A stretch of 64,000 nucleotides of DNA from Nitrososphaeraceae archaeon (lineage in GTDB: Archaea > Thermoproteota > Nitrososphaeria > Nitrososphaerales > Nitrososphaeraceae). The first letter of the stretch is position 1; the number at the start of each line of letters is the position of its first letter. The translations under genes and the position numbers were made by a program. Where the stretch lies: assembly GCA_044870765.1 (NCBI GenBank), contig JBIOZG010000054.1, forward strand, positions 26,361 through 90,360, read 5' to 3'. Shown here piece after piece: positions 43,014-52,653 of the stretch. The notes below the pieces were generated by a model, which was not told the origin of the DNA, did no database searches, and saw nothing but the letters and a program-made list of their open reading frames with translations.

Positions 43014-43529
43014 ATGAAAATGGCATATTCCATCGCTTCAATTACAAGAACAGCCTTTTCAAATCCATTATATGTGGCTATTGCCTCAGTAGCGGGCCTT
43101 ATTTTTTGGATAGTTACAAACACATTTGATAATATCCTCTTTTTTTCACCTTTTTTGACATTCTATGTTCCTAATGATATGATTGAAGCGTTTATCTTAA
43201 CTTGTATTAATTCAGTTCTAATAGCAATCTTGGTAAACTTTAATCTGTATATAATAAGGAATCTGAAATTAAAGTTAAGTAAATCTGCGCTATCGGGTAC
43301 TACGATAAGTGTTATTTCTAGTACATGTGCAAGTTGTTCCACTTTTGGATTCACACTAGCTTCAACGTTTGGTGGACTAGGCTTTTTAGCGTCTAATTTT
43401 CTGTCAAGCAATCAGATAACATTGAGAGCAATATCCACAATTGTTTTGCTGTTCGCAGTTTGTACTTGTTATATTAAGACTAGGAATAGCTGTAAGTTAT
43501 CAAGTCAAAGTCAAATTCAAGGTGATTAA
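43014..43529 (+). CDS. Four-TM membrane protein with CxxC motif
   Basis: SSTCASCS within the membrane region. Confidence 0.75.
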   Translation: MKMAYSIASITRTAFSNPLYVAIASVAGLIFWIVTNTFDNILFFSPFLTFYVPNDMIEAFILTCINSVLIAILVNFNLYIIRNLKLKLSKSALSGTTISVISSTCASCSTFGFTLASTFGGLGFLASNFLSSNQITLRAISTIVLLFAVCTCYIKTRNSCKLSSQSQIQGD

Positions 43530-43738
43530 GGAAAATTGTCCTCAAAGTAGTTGTATATATTTATTATTTCTAGTCCTCTAGCCCGTAATCTATCTGCATT
43601 AATGATCAGCATTAATCAAATCTTCGATCGGCAAAATTGACAATTGTTCGTATCAACCTTAATTTTATTGATTAAGATATCAGAAAAAGAAAAAGGGATT
43701 TTGAGTTATTTTATGCATACGTTACTTTATATGGTGAC

Positions 43739-43930
43739 TTATCCAGTCATGTTACTGGTCATATTACCGGCCATTCCAGTCATGTTACTGGTCATATTAC
43801 CGGCCTGTCCGGTCATATTACCGGCCATCCCAGTCATGTTTTCAGCAAACACACCAGTACCAATCATAGGTACTAGTAACATGCTTAAAGCTAACGTGAT
43901 TGCTAATGACAAAATAAAAATTCTAGCCAT
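43739..43930 (-). CDS. Secreted Met-rich repeat peptide (NMT repeats)
   Basis: Signal peptide followed by ENMTGMAGNMTGQAGNMTSNMTGMAGNMTSNMTG; TATTTAAATA about 25 nt upstream. Confidence 0.75.
   Translation of the reverse strand: MARIFILSLAITLALSMLLVPMIGTGVFAENMTGMAGNMTGQAGNMTSNMTGMAGNMTSNMTG
43743..43840. repeat. Intragenic tandem repeat with a 33-bp period
   Basis: CCAGTCATGTTACTGGTCATATTACCGGCC at 43743 and 43776, plus partial copies. Confidence 0.85.
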
Positions 43931-44267
43931 TTTTATGAGAAACCATGTTACTTTATTTAAATATTTCTTAAGCTTTCATGATAAAAACAGTAAGATAATT
44001 TACCGATAAAATTAATAAAAAACTAATGAATTACACCATTTTTTTCAAATTATGAAATTAATCGTAAATAACGGAAATTTTTTCTCTTTAGCCTATACTA
44101 AGATAATACCATATTTAGATGATAAGACTATTTGATATTTTTACCTTCAAATGAAATTAATACGAAAAAGTTGTCACATAATGGGAATATGATTCAAATT
44201 CCTTAACTGAAAATTTTGATCACCATTAATTATTTAAATTTGACCAAATATTATGACATATTGAATC

Positions 44268-44696
44268 ATGAACACCACATTTTCCTATGGTTTGTTGTCT
44301 ATCAGGATTATGACCGGTATCATATTTATTGCACATGGAATACCGAAATTTTACGGTGTATCTGGAGGATATGGTTTTTTTCAATCTATTAATTTACCTC
44401 CTGAATTATTCTTACCCATAGCACTCCTAGAGGTAATAGGAGGTTTGGCTATATTATTGGGTGTATTAACAAGAATCGCTTCATTATTATTCATTATTGA
44501 AATGACAGGCGCAGTAGTATTCGCCAAACTTTCTAAGGGTTTTGTCGGTGGATATGAATTTGAACTACTCTTGATATCAATATGCATTACTCTAGTTCTT
44601 GTTGGTCCAGGAAGGATATCTATTGAAAATTATATCCTAAAAAGGGAAATATTCCCTAGAGGGAAACAATTACATCAAGAATTGTTCCGCAGCTGA
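44268..44696 (+). CDS. DoxX family membrane protein
   Basis: IRIMTGIIFIAHG.PK, LEVIGG, GVLTR, GYEF and GPGRISIE. Confidence 0.92.
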   Translation: MNTTFSYGLLSIRIMTGIIFIAHGIPKFYGVSGGYGFFQSINLPPELFLPIALLEVIGGLAILLGVLTRIASLLFIIEMTGAVVFAKLSKGFVGGYEFELLLISICITLVLVGPGRISIENYILKREIFPRGKQLHQELFRS

Positions 44697-44827
44697 AAGA
44701 AGATAATTAAAATTAATTTTATTTCTGTTTTGAATTAATCTAATAATAAAAATAAATTATCGAGACTTTTAAAGATACCTTGGATAGGAATGATATACTA
44801 CACAATACAATACGTGCTACCTTATCC

Positions 44828-45631
44828 TCATGAGGATGATAACCCCCATTTTTCTCGCACCTTTTCTTCAACTTTTGAAAATACAAATCTGTCAAATAGT
44901 AAACCAACTCCGAATATAACAATCATAGTTGCTATTATCTGACTCATGTTAGAGAACTCTCTTCCGATAGCCAAAATATACCCTAATCCCAGCCCGGTAG
45001 TAATCAACATTTCTGCACCGATTAAAGCATGCCAAGCGAAAGACCAAGTTTGTCTCAAGCCCATTATTAGAGAAGGGGCCGATGCAGGGATCATTACATA
45101 CCTGAATAGCAAAATTCCACTAGCTCCCATATTCCTGGCTGCGTGCAGGTATATGGGCGGGATATTTCTGATTCCACTATAGGTAGAATTCATTACTGAG
45201 AATACTGAATTCATCACAACAACGAAAAGTATTCCAAAATCATTGAAGCCAATAAGTAGAATAGCAAAGGGTACCCAAGCTATACTTGGAAATGATTGAA
45301 GCCCTAAAGCAAACGAACTCATAGTTTTGCCAAATTGTTTGAATCTAACCATAACAAGTCCAACGCATCCGCCAATCAACACTGAGATTACGAATCCAAT
45401 AAATAATCGCCAAAGAGTGATGGCGAGCCCATCTATCAAAAAATTTTCGGAGACCAGGTCAACAAACGATTGAGCAACCATCGCTGGGGAGGGTAGAGAT
45501 ACAGGTGGCCAAATTTCTAGTGAAAATACAATTTGCCAGATAATCAGAAAAGTGGCTATAAATAAGAATACACTTAAAACGTCCTTCACGTTATAGTTCA
45601 TCTCTTTTTTTGAATTTACGTGATTATCCAT
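44828..45631 (-). CDS. ABC transporter permease (SsuC/TauC/NrtB family)
   Basis: LPSP, QSFPSIAWVP, EAA-like HAARNMGA loop, IGAEM. Confidence 0.92.
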   Translation of the reverse strand: MDNHVNSKKEMNYNVKDVLSVFLFIATFLIIWQIVFSLEIWPPVSLPSPAMVAQSFVDLVSENFLIDGLAITLWRLFIGFVISVLIGGCVGLVMVRFKQFGKTMSSFALGLQSFPSIAWVPFAILLIGFNDFGILFVVVMNSVFSVMNSTYSGIRNIPPIYLHAARNMGASGILLFRYVMIPASAPSLIMGLRQTWSFAWHALIGAEMLITTGLGLGYILAIGREFSNMSQIIATMIVIFGVGLLFDRFVFSKVEEKVREKWGLSSS

Positions 45632-45933
45632 TTCAGAAAACCCTTCTATTAATCGCTCTTCTGAGATTAAGTCTATTCGTTATAAAATTCAATCGTGATT
45701 GGATTGTAGTTGCCACAATTTTAATTCTTTTAATAATTATGAAAATATATTGGTTTCAATACTAAGCTCCTACCCATCTATTACTTTTGATCCTAAAAAT
45801 GAGTAATCTTGTGTTCAATAATAATGGGAAACTGAATATACTCGAAAATGTGAGGGTAACCTCAGCAAGCAGGAATGAAGGTTTCTCTAAATCCAATTTT
45901 CGGAACTTGTAATCCCTAGTATTTCAATGATAC

Positions 45934-46680
45934 TCAAGTAGGAACCTGCGTTAGGACTTGATTTATCGCACTCTCAAATACAGAATAAGGCTGAGCACCT
46001 TCTATTTTTAGAGGCATTTTTCCCTCAGCAATTAATATGAAAGTAGGAGTGCTTGTTAAACCGATACTTCTTGCCAAATTGTCATTTATAACAACTAAAT
46101 TTTCATATTTTTTGGAATCAAGGCACGCTGAAAACTTGTTTACATCCTTAACACCTGCGTAAACTGCAAACTGGGTTAAACTATTCTTAGAAACCCAATC
46201 TGTGTTTTCACCCTTTGAATTTCTGTATACTTCATCATAATATGGCCAATATTTCCCTTGTTCTGCAGCACAATAAGATCCAATGGCAGCTAGTGTGGAT
46301 AACTTGTCTGACGGTCTATCATTTATTACAAAATCTTTAAACATGAAATTAATCATGCCTGTTTTGACATAATTGTTAACAATTAGATCTTTGGTTTCTT
46401 TATGAAATCTTGCGCAATACTGACATTGATAATCTCCGAATTCTATCAGAGTCACGTTCGTTTTACTCGTTCCTAATGCTGATGCATTATGAACTATTGG
46501 CTGGAGAAGCGTGTTTAAAAGCTGATCAGTATTTTCTGGATTCTTGGGTGCGTTATTATGTCCCATCGTCAGAAATGCAGTTGCAGAGCCCCCAACTAAT
46601 ACTACACCAAATATAATAGCCCACATTAGGGATTTCATTTTAAACTTCTTGGGAGCTGATTTCCTGACCTTTCGTTTCAA
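45934..46680 (-). CDS. Membrane-anchored DsbA family thiol-disulfide oxidoreductase
   Basis: IEFGDYQCQYC, STPTF and IEGAQPY. Confidence 0.92.
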   Translation of the reverse strand: MKRKVRKSAPKKFKMKSLMWAIIFGVVLVGGSATAFLTMGHNNAPKNPENTDQLLNTLLQPIVHNASALGTSKTNVTLIEFGDYQCQYCARFHKETKDLIVNNYVKTGMINFMFKDFVINDRPSDKLSTLAAIGSYCAAEQGKYWPYYDEVYRNSKGENTDWVSKNSLTQFAVYAGVKDVNKFSACLDSKKYENLVVINDNLARSIGLTSTPTFILIAEGKMPLKIEGAQPYSVFESAINQVLTQVPT

Positions 46681-46763
46681 TGTAGAATCCTGTGTTTTAG
46701 TCGCATAAAAACCATGATAAAGTTTGTTTATTTAACCAGTCATATTGAGAAAAAAAATTGCGA

Positions 46764-47204
46764 TCACCTGTTTTGGGAGACGTTCATCATATCCCAGCAC
46801 TTTCTACATAATTGTCCATCAATTTGCCATTCTGGCTTTGGGTTATACCTGAAGAAACCTATTTTTTTGCCGCAGTTTATACAAAAATTAATTTTCGTTT
46901 GATAATCCAATTCTTTTTTATCATAGCATTTTTTGCATAAAGAAATATCATTTTCCAAACCCCATTGCCATCTTGGATTCTTTTTTTGATCTCCGTCTAT
47001 GATTGCATTACAGATGAAACATTGGTTTTGCCTTTGTTTAATTTTTGCTTCTTCTTCTTTCTGTTTAATGACAAACTCCTCTGTTGTTTTCATATGACAG
47101 TCACTGCAAAGAAACCCAGCAATGTTCCAGGATTTATCCGGTTTGTACTTGAATTTAAGATTCTTGTTGCATAGTGTACAGAATTGAGGTTTCCTAACTT
47201 GCAA
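46764..47204 (-). CDS. Protein with three repeated C4 Zn-finger modules
   Basis: Three CxxC...W...LCxxC units. Confidence 0.8.
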   Translation of the reverse strand: MQVRKPQFCTLCNKNLKFKYKPDKSWNIAGFLCSDCHMKTTEEFVIKQKEEEAKIKQRQNQCFICNAIIDGDQKKNPRWQWGLENDISLCKKCYDKKELDYQTKINFCINCGKKIGFFRYNPKPEWQIDGQLCRKCWDMMNVSQNR

Positions 47205-47370
47205 ACCATTATTTTTTCGAGTATCTCGTAAAAAAATGTATCTTTGTTTTCATAAAGCCTACTAATATGCTCAGATATTTCAAAGGTTATTTTGCGTCTG
47301 ATTTGACATTTTTGAGATATATAAAAACAAGAAAAATAATAATCAATATTTATAACTTGTAGGTAATAGT

Positions 47371-47772
47371 ATGCAAATGATTACCAAACAATGTGATAAT
47401 TGTGCTCCAAAAGGTAAGAATTTTTACTGTAATGCCTGTGACAAAACAGCTGAATTGTTTTATATTTATAGTTATTATATAAACCGATTTTCGGAAAATA
47501 CTTTGATGGGTAGAATGAAGGCCTTTACCTGGCATGACGTATTGGAGTTTGTAAGAAATAATTTTTTTCATAATCCTGGTGAACTTGACATAAACTGTGA
47601 GAAAAACTTTGCATACATTGAAGAAAAATTATCACACAAATTGTCATCTAACCGAAGCACTAACAGATCAGATCGTAATCATCCAATGGGATACAAAATT
47701 TATTTGAACAAAGATAATGAATCAATTGATGATACTCTGAAAGGAGATTTTTGGGACTTAACTTCAACTTAG
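47371..47772 (+). CDS. Hypothetical protein with N-terminal Zn ribbon
   Basis: CDNC...CNAC. Confidence 0.55.
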   Translation: MQMITKQCDNCAPKGKNFYCNACDKTAELFYIYSYYINRFSENTLMGRMKAFTWHDVLEFVRNNFFHNPGELDINCEKNFAYIEEKLSHKLSSNRSTNRSDRNHPMGYKIYLNKDNESIDDTLKGDFWDLTST

Positions 47773-47938
47773 CTTTAATCTCGGTTACCAGTATAGTGTT
47801 ACTTTTTACCGAATAGTTTCAGAGTAACAGACGGCAACTGATTTATAGTGATATCGGCGAACTTTCATTTCAAATCCTCGTATAAAAAAGTTTGAAGAGA
47901 GGCATGATTCAAATTCCTTTATCGGTAAATTAATAGGA

Positions 47939-48346
47939 TCATTCATCATGAAAGGATATAGTTTCTTTATTACCATATTTTGTAAATAATTCATCATACC
48001 TTTCGTACTTTTTAGATATTAAATTGCCATTGCCGTCATACATCTTTACAAAATTAGCGCGCATTATGATATTTCCCTGAGAATCGAAGAACCTTATACT
48101 ATAACCGTTCATTCCACTCTGTCTTTCTTCTATTACGAACTTTGCCTTTGTTGCATCCTCAAGATTCAAATGAATATGCCAGGGTTTATCATCATTTCCG
48201 ATTGTCAACCATTTGTCTTTTACACGAACAGGTAAACCTCTTTCACTTTTAACTTCACAGATCCCACTTCCACTATTTACTGAGAACATAATATTATCTA
48301 TGTCGAGAATATCTGAAACTAATTCTTTTATGAGGTCATTAGACAT
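47939..48346 (-). CDS. ChuX/HutX-like heme utilization carrier protein
   Basis: MFSVNSGSGICEV, HIHLN and YSIRFFDSQG motifs. Confidence 0.7.
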   Translation of the reverse strand: MSNDLIKELVSDILDIDNIMFSVNSGSGICEVKSERGLPVRVKDKWLTIGNDDKPWHIHLNLEDATKAKFVIEERQSGMNGYSIRFFDSQGNIIMRANFVKMYDGNGNLISKKYERYDELFTKYGNKETISFHDE

Positions 48347-48409
48347 ATGTAAATCTTATAAAGTTGGTTTAATAAGAATATCAGCCTAAAACTGGAATTG
48401 AAGATATCT

Positions 48410-49057
48410 CTAATTGAGATTGAAATCTCTAACAAAATTAAAATGATTTTTTGAGTTAAGATCTGCAATTTTCAGGGGTTGGGGTAATCTTTCTCCGTCT
48501 TTGGTCAACTTTTCAACGATCTGTATAGATTTTTTTAAACTAGTTTTGTGCCCAGCGCTTATATAAGTTGGTCTTTTTCCTCTCTTTTTAAACTCATATC
48601 CAAGAATTGTTTCATCATATTCTACAAAGTGATCCCTCTTTACAGAACCACATAATAGACCTTTAGCTACACCTATAGTTGGTTTATCAATGCTATACCC
48701 AATGTAACTCGCCAGACCGCATTTTCTTGGATGCAATACACCGTGCCCATCAATAAGAAGTACGTCAAAATCACTCTCATCTTTTAGTAAAGCCAAAGTT
48801 TTTAGTAGTGGTCCGGATTCTCTTAGGAAAAATAATCCAGGAATATATGGATATTCTACTTTGCTTTTGATGTTGATGGTTGCCACAATGTCAAATGCAG
48901 TATTAGTTATAACACCTGAGCAATATGCCGTTTCATTCCTATACGAAATATCCATCCCACAAATCTTTTCAATTTTATCAAATCTATCATCAGTTATTAT
49001 CTTTGTTGAAATTTCTTTTTGAATATCAAGCGCCCAAGAAAATTCCTTTTGCATCAT
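48410..49057 (-). CDS. nfi: Endonuclease V
   Basis: GMDISY, YPYIPGLFFLRE, IDGHGVLHPR.CGLAS, IGVAK and YISAGH. Confidence 0.95.
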   Translation of the reverse strand: MMQKEFSWALDIQKEISTKIITDDRFDKIEKICGMDISYRNETAYCSGVITNTAFDIVATINIKSKVEYPYIPGLFFLRESGPLLKTLALLKDESDFDVLLIDGHGVLHPRKCGLASYIGYSIDKPTIGVAKGLLCGSVKRDHFVEYDETILGYEFKKRGKRPTYISAGHKTSLKKSIQIVEKLTKDGERLPQPLKIADLNSKNHFNFVRDFNLN

Positions 49058-49406
49058 ACCATTCCGAGATCATGTCTCTTAACTTTGACTATTTCCGATT
49101 GATTATTCCGCTAAAATTAGAGATTTATTTTATTAATGAATCAGTAGTATGCTAGCTATTCGAATAAGTTTAAGGCAAAGGAATGAATGAATCAATGCGT
49201 GAAGTGCACAAGCTAGATCCAAAATAATTGTCAAAGGGACGAAAACATGCGACTGGATTGTAATACGGGTAAAGGGAATAACCAAAGCGAATACTCTAAT
49301 GCATTGTATTTCGCAGTCATCGATCCTTTCACATGGGCCAGAATTATGAGCGTGTTTTTTATATGATGTTTTTATATGTTGCCTGGATTTATAATTCTGA
49401 TACATA

Positions 49407-50402
49407 ATGCCGGGACCATCAGAAATGAAGCACCAAGAATATGAGTGGCAGATTAGTGGCAAAGTCAAGGAAACGCATGACACATATACGTACACTTTAT
49501 TGCCAGTTTCTGAATCACAAAGATTTGATTTTGAAATAGGCCAATTTGTAACTTTGAGTGCATTTCTAATAAGACCTACTACATCAGGAGGAAGTGAAGA
49601 GAATCTGGTTAATCGTGCTTATTCAATCGCATCGTCACCATCAAGGAATTTTATTGAACTTACAATAAAGGAAGAAAAACCATATGGCTACATTAATCCT
49701 ACTACAGGAAAATCAGATTCCTTTGCAGCTTATTTTAATGAACAGGTCAAGTTAGGAGATAGATTCAAGTTGAAACTGAATCCAAATAAAGAACATTTCT
49801 TATGGAAAGTGGCTGCTGGAATTGAAAAAAACGTAGCTTATTGGTCAGGTGCAAATGGAGCAGAATCTGCTAGAGGTTTGATCCAGTATATGGAGGATAA
49901 GAACGATCCGGAATTTAATCTTGTACTTTTCTATAGTAATACAAAGCTATCAGTTGATAATGCAAAAAAAGACTTCAATAGTACTGAACATCATCCTGTA
50001 GATACCTTGAACGTTATTTACTATAATTGGTTGATTGATATTACAAAAAAGCTTGAGAACCTCAAGGTGATTTTTACGTTTACAAGGGAACAAGAAGTAC
50101 CTATAACTTCTCCTCAAGATGCAAGGATTATTTATAGAAAGGGAAGATTCTTCTTGAATCTTGACGGCTCTCCCGAAAGAACATTATTGAAATATGGGGG
50201 AAATGTAGAGGCACTGTTCAATCCAATATGTGGTAGTAGCTCGTTCATAAACGGGACAGTAATGTTACCAAATGGCAAGATAAATAAAGGAAAAGGAATA
50301 TTACAAAATCTAGTGGAGCTTGAAGGAATAAAACCTGAAAAAATCGATAAAGAACAGTTCTATTTACAACAAGTCGGAGCGAATCAACAAGAAGAAAAAT
50401 AA
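49407..50402 (+). CDS. FAD-binding FNR-like oxidoreductase (divergent)
   Basis: FEIGQFV, RAYSIASSP, LFYSN, ICGS and terminal EQFY. Confidence 0.8.
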   Translation: MPGPSEMKHQEYEWQISGKVKETHDTYTYTLLPVSESQRFDFEIGQFVTLSAFLIRPTTSGGSEENLVNRAYSIASSPSRNFIELTIKEEKPYGYINPTTGKSDSFAAYFNEQVKLGDRFKLKLNPNKEHFLWKVAAGIEKNVAYWSGANGAESARGLIQYMEDKNDPEFNLVLFYSNTKLSVDNAKKDFNSTEHHPVDTLNVIYYNWLIDITKKLENLKVIFTFTREQEVPITSPQDARIIYRKGRFFLNLDGSPERTLLKYGGNVEALFNPICGSSSFINGTVMLPNGKINKGKGILQNLVELEGIKPEKIDKEQFYLQQVGANQQEEK

Positions 50403-50675
50403 TATGAATTGAGCTAATTTAGCTGAATTGAATTACCAATGGTTTAACCTTCTCCTGCTTTTCATTATCTAGTTAGGTATTTTTTCCAATCCAAATATTG
50501 AAGTGTGTATTTGTAAAGATAGTTTTTTTCGTAAATTGAGATATCAGGCAATTGAAACTGAATCCAGATTTTTCAATCGTTTTGATAAATGATTATTGAA
50601 TAATTGATGTGAAGATTTAGCTATAAAATATAGAGCCAACAGTTATTTGCGTTGTACTTTAGAAGATAGCGACAT

Positions 50676-51050
50676 ATGAACACGAACAAGAAAATGTCAA
50701 TTGCTGTCATATTTCTCGCAGCAGCTATCATCTTTGTATCGTCAACTCCTATGGCAAAGAATGCCTTTGCACAAACAATTGGTGAAGAAGAAGATGAAGT
50801 CAGCAACACGGGTACTCAAAACTATGAAAATTTCCTGACTTGTCTGTCTGACGCCGGTGGGCAGAATAGTAATCCTGCAGGTAATCAAATAGTAAACTGC
50901 TTAGTAGATAGTGGTTACGTACAGGGAAGTTCCAGTGCAAGTACCAGTAACACTGAAGACTCTAAAGATCAAAACGAAAATGCACAAACAAGTGTAGTTG
51001 ATGACCAAAGCGATGACCAAAGCGATGACCAAAGCGATGATGAAGAATAG
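50676..51050 (+). CDS. Secreted acidic hypothetical protein
   Basis: Signal peptide ending AFA, two Cys, (DDQS)3 tail. Confidence 0.75.
   Translation: MNTNKKMSIAVIFLAAAIIFVSSTPMAKNAFAQTIGEEEDEVSNTGTQNYENFLTCLSDAGGQNSNPAGNQIVNCLVDSGYVQGSSSASTSNTEDSKDQNENAQTSVVDDQSDDQSDDQSDDEE
51000..51040. repeat. 12-bp tandem repeat GATGACCAAAGC x3 (coding)
   Basis: Read directly from the sequence. Confidence 0.9.
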
Positions 51051-51211
51051 ATTAGCTGCACAACCAACGATTGAAAGCTCCCCATTCTTTCTTTTTTAGT
51101 ATCGAATTTTAGTAATCTGGTAAATACTACTTAATCTTAGTTCAACCAGAATAGATGTATTTGATTTGACTCAACAGTTATAATGTTCTATACTCGTTAA
51201 AATATAGTATA

Positions 51212-51544
51212 GTGGATCCTTTTCAACAAAATCATTTTGACAGATTACTGTCTGAAGGAAGGAGAATTCTGGTAATGTTCTATGCGGATTGGTGTCCTTT
51301 CTGTCAGAAATTCAAACTAACTTTTGATTCGTTTGCTAATACTACTGATAAAAAGATCAAATTTTATGCTCATATGATAAATGATGATGATGATCCTTTG
51401 TGGGATAGATTTTCAATTAATACTGTTCCCACACTTATCGCATTTGATGGGAACGAGATCATTTCTAGAAGAGATTCAAAAATGGGTGTTGGATTGAACA
51501 AGACAGACATTGATTCAATTCTAATAGAAATAGCAGGAAGGTAA
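51212..51544 (+). CDS. Thioredoxin family protein
   Basis: MFYADWCPFC and VPTL. Confidence 0.9.
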   Translation: MDPFQQNHFDRLLSEGRRILVMFYADWCPFCQKFKLTFDSFANTTDKKIKFYAHMINDDDDPLWDRFSINTVPTLIAFDGNEIISRRDSKMGVGLNKTDIDSILIEIAGR

Positions 51545-51605
51545 TTTCTCATTGTTCTTGATTTCCATAATTATAATTTAAATAGTGATAAAGATCAGTA
51601 AGTAG

Positions 51606-52493
51606 CTAACCTAGATTCGTCATTACCATTATTACCCATGTTTTTGAGAGTATACTTACTGGAGCATACGATACTAAAAATCTTGTACCATTAATCGTTT
51701 CTGAACCATTTCCAGCTTTTCCAGATTTTCCATTTTTAAAGCTATCCAATTCTACAAATGATTCAGATTTGTTTGACAAAAGAGAATTTGAATCACCGAT
51801 TTTTTGTCCGTTACCATCAGCATATACTACTCTTACATCGTCGGGGAGATTCAAAGATTGAAGCTTGTGATAAAATTTACTAAGATTCAATACCCCACTC
51901 CATATCCCTAACAAGGATTGGTTTTTTGGCGAATAAATTGGAACTGAAATAAGTGCTACTTTCTCTCCGGTAGACGATGATACTATTGCATCGCCCAGAA
52001 ATGCTTGCTTCGTCTCGATAGCTCCTTGATAATAGTCTCTGAACGCAAAGTTATTTCTACTGAGATCTAATTGACGATTGTAGGGCTCCTCCATATACAT
52101 ATCACCATTAGGCATCAGGAATGTAATTGCCTCTAAAGTATCACTATGCTGCAAAATGTTATCTGCAACTTGTCTTTTCTTAACATCATCACTATCAGCT
52201 ATTCCATGTAAACTACTATTAATTTTATTTGCGAATTGTGCATTGCTAACATCTGGTATCATACTTGTTATTTTTATTATTGAAGCTGATTCATTAAGAT
52301 AATTCACTAAATTATTAGATAAAATATTTGCTAAAGTACCTTTACTTGCCAAATCATAGAGAGAGGAATTGATATTTTTATTGCTAACTTGTGCGTATAC
52401 AGCACTCGAAGATTGAGGTGAAATTGTATGGATGACACTCACGACGGCAATAGTAATTGAGATTAACAAAATAACAGTAATCATTTTACGCAT
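51606..52493 (-). CDS. Stand-alone secreted dCache domain protein
   Basis: Signal peptide; NFAFRDYYQGA, ALISVPIY, YADGNG and SYAPV..WVI; no output domain. Confidence 0.85.
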   Translation of the reverse strand: MRKMITVILLISITIAVVSVIHTISPQSSSAVYAQVSNKNINSSLYDLASKGTLANILSNNLVNYLNESASIIKITSMIPDVSNAQFANKINSSLHGIADSDDVKKRQVADNILQHSDTLEAITFLMPNGDMYMEEPYNRQLDLSRNNFAFRDYYQGAIETKQAFLGDAIVSSSTGEKVALISVPIYSPKNQSLLGIWSGVLNLSKFYHKLQSLNLPDDVRVVYADGNGQKIGDSNSLLSNKSESFVELDSFKNGKSGKAGNGSETINGTRFLVSYAPVSILSKTWVIMVMTNLG

Positions 52494-52653
52494 ACTTTAC
52501 AGAGTCCATAATAACATCTATATAATTTTTAAGGTGTGAATGGTAGGTTCTTAATAGATGATGACTACAATCAAGTACGTTGTCTTTTAAATTAGCAACG
52601 GTGCAAGAATTCTATTTATACTTCATTACGGCTAAAAAAACAATTTAACCATC

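Noticed and set aside
43743-43840. Repeat with 33-bp period as a CRISPR array
   Set aside because: There are no unique spacers; the repeats are contiguous and in-frame within a secreted peptide gene, and no cas genes are present.
51000-51040. 12-bp tandem repeat as a regulatory or mobile feature
   Set aside because: It encodes the (DDQS)3 acidic tail of a CDS.
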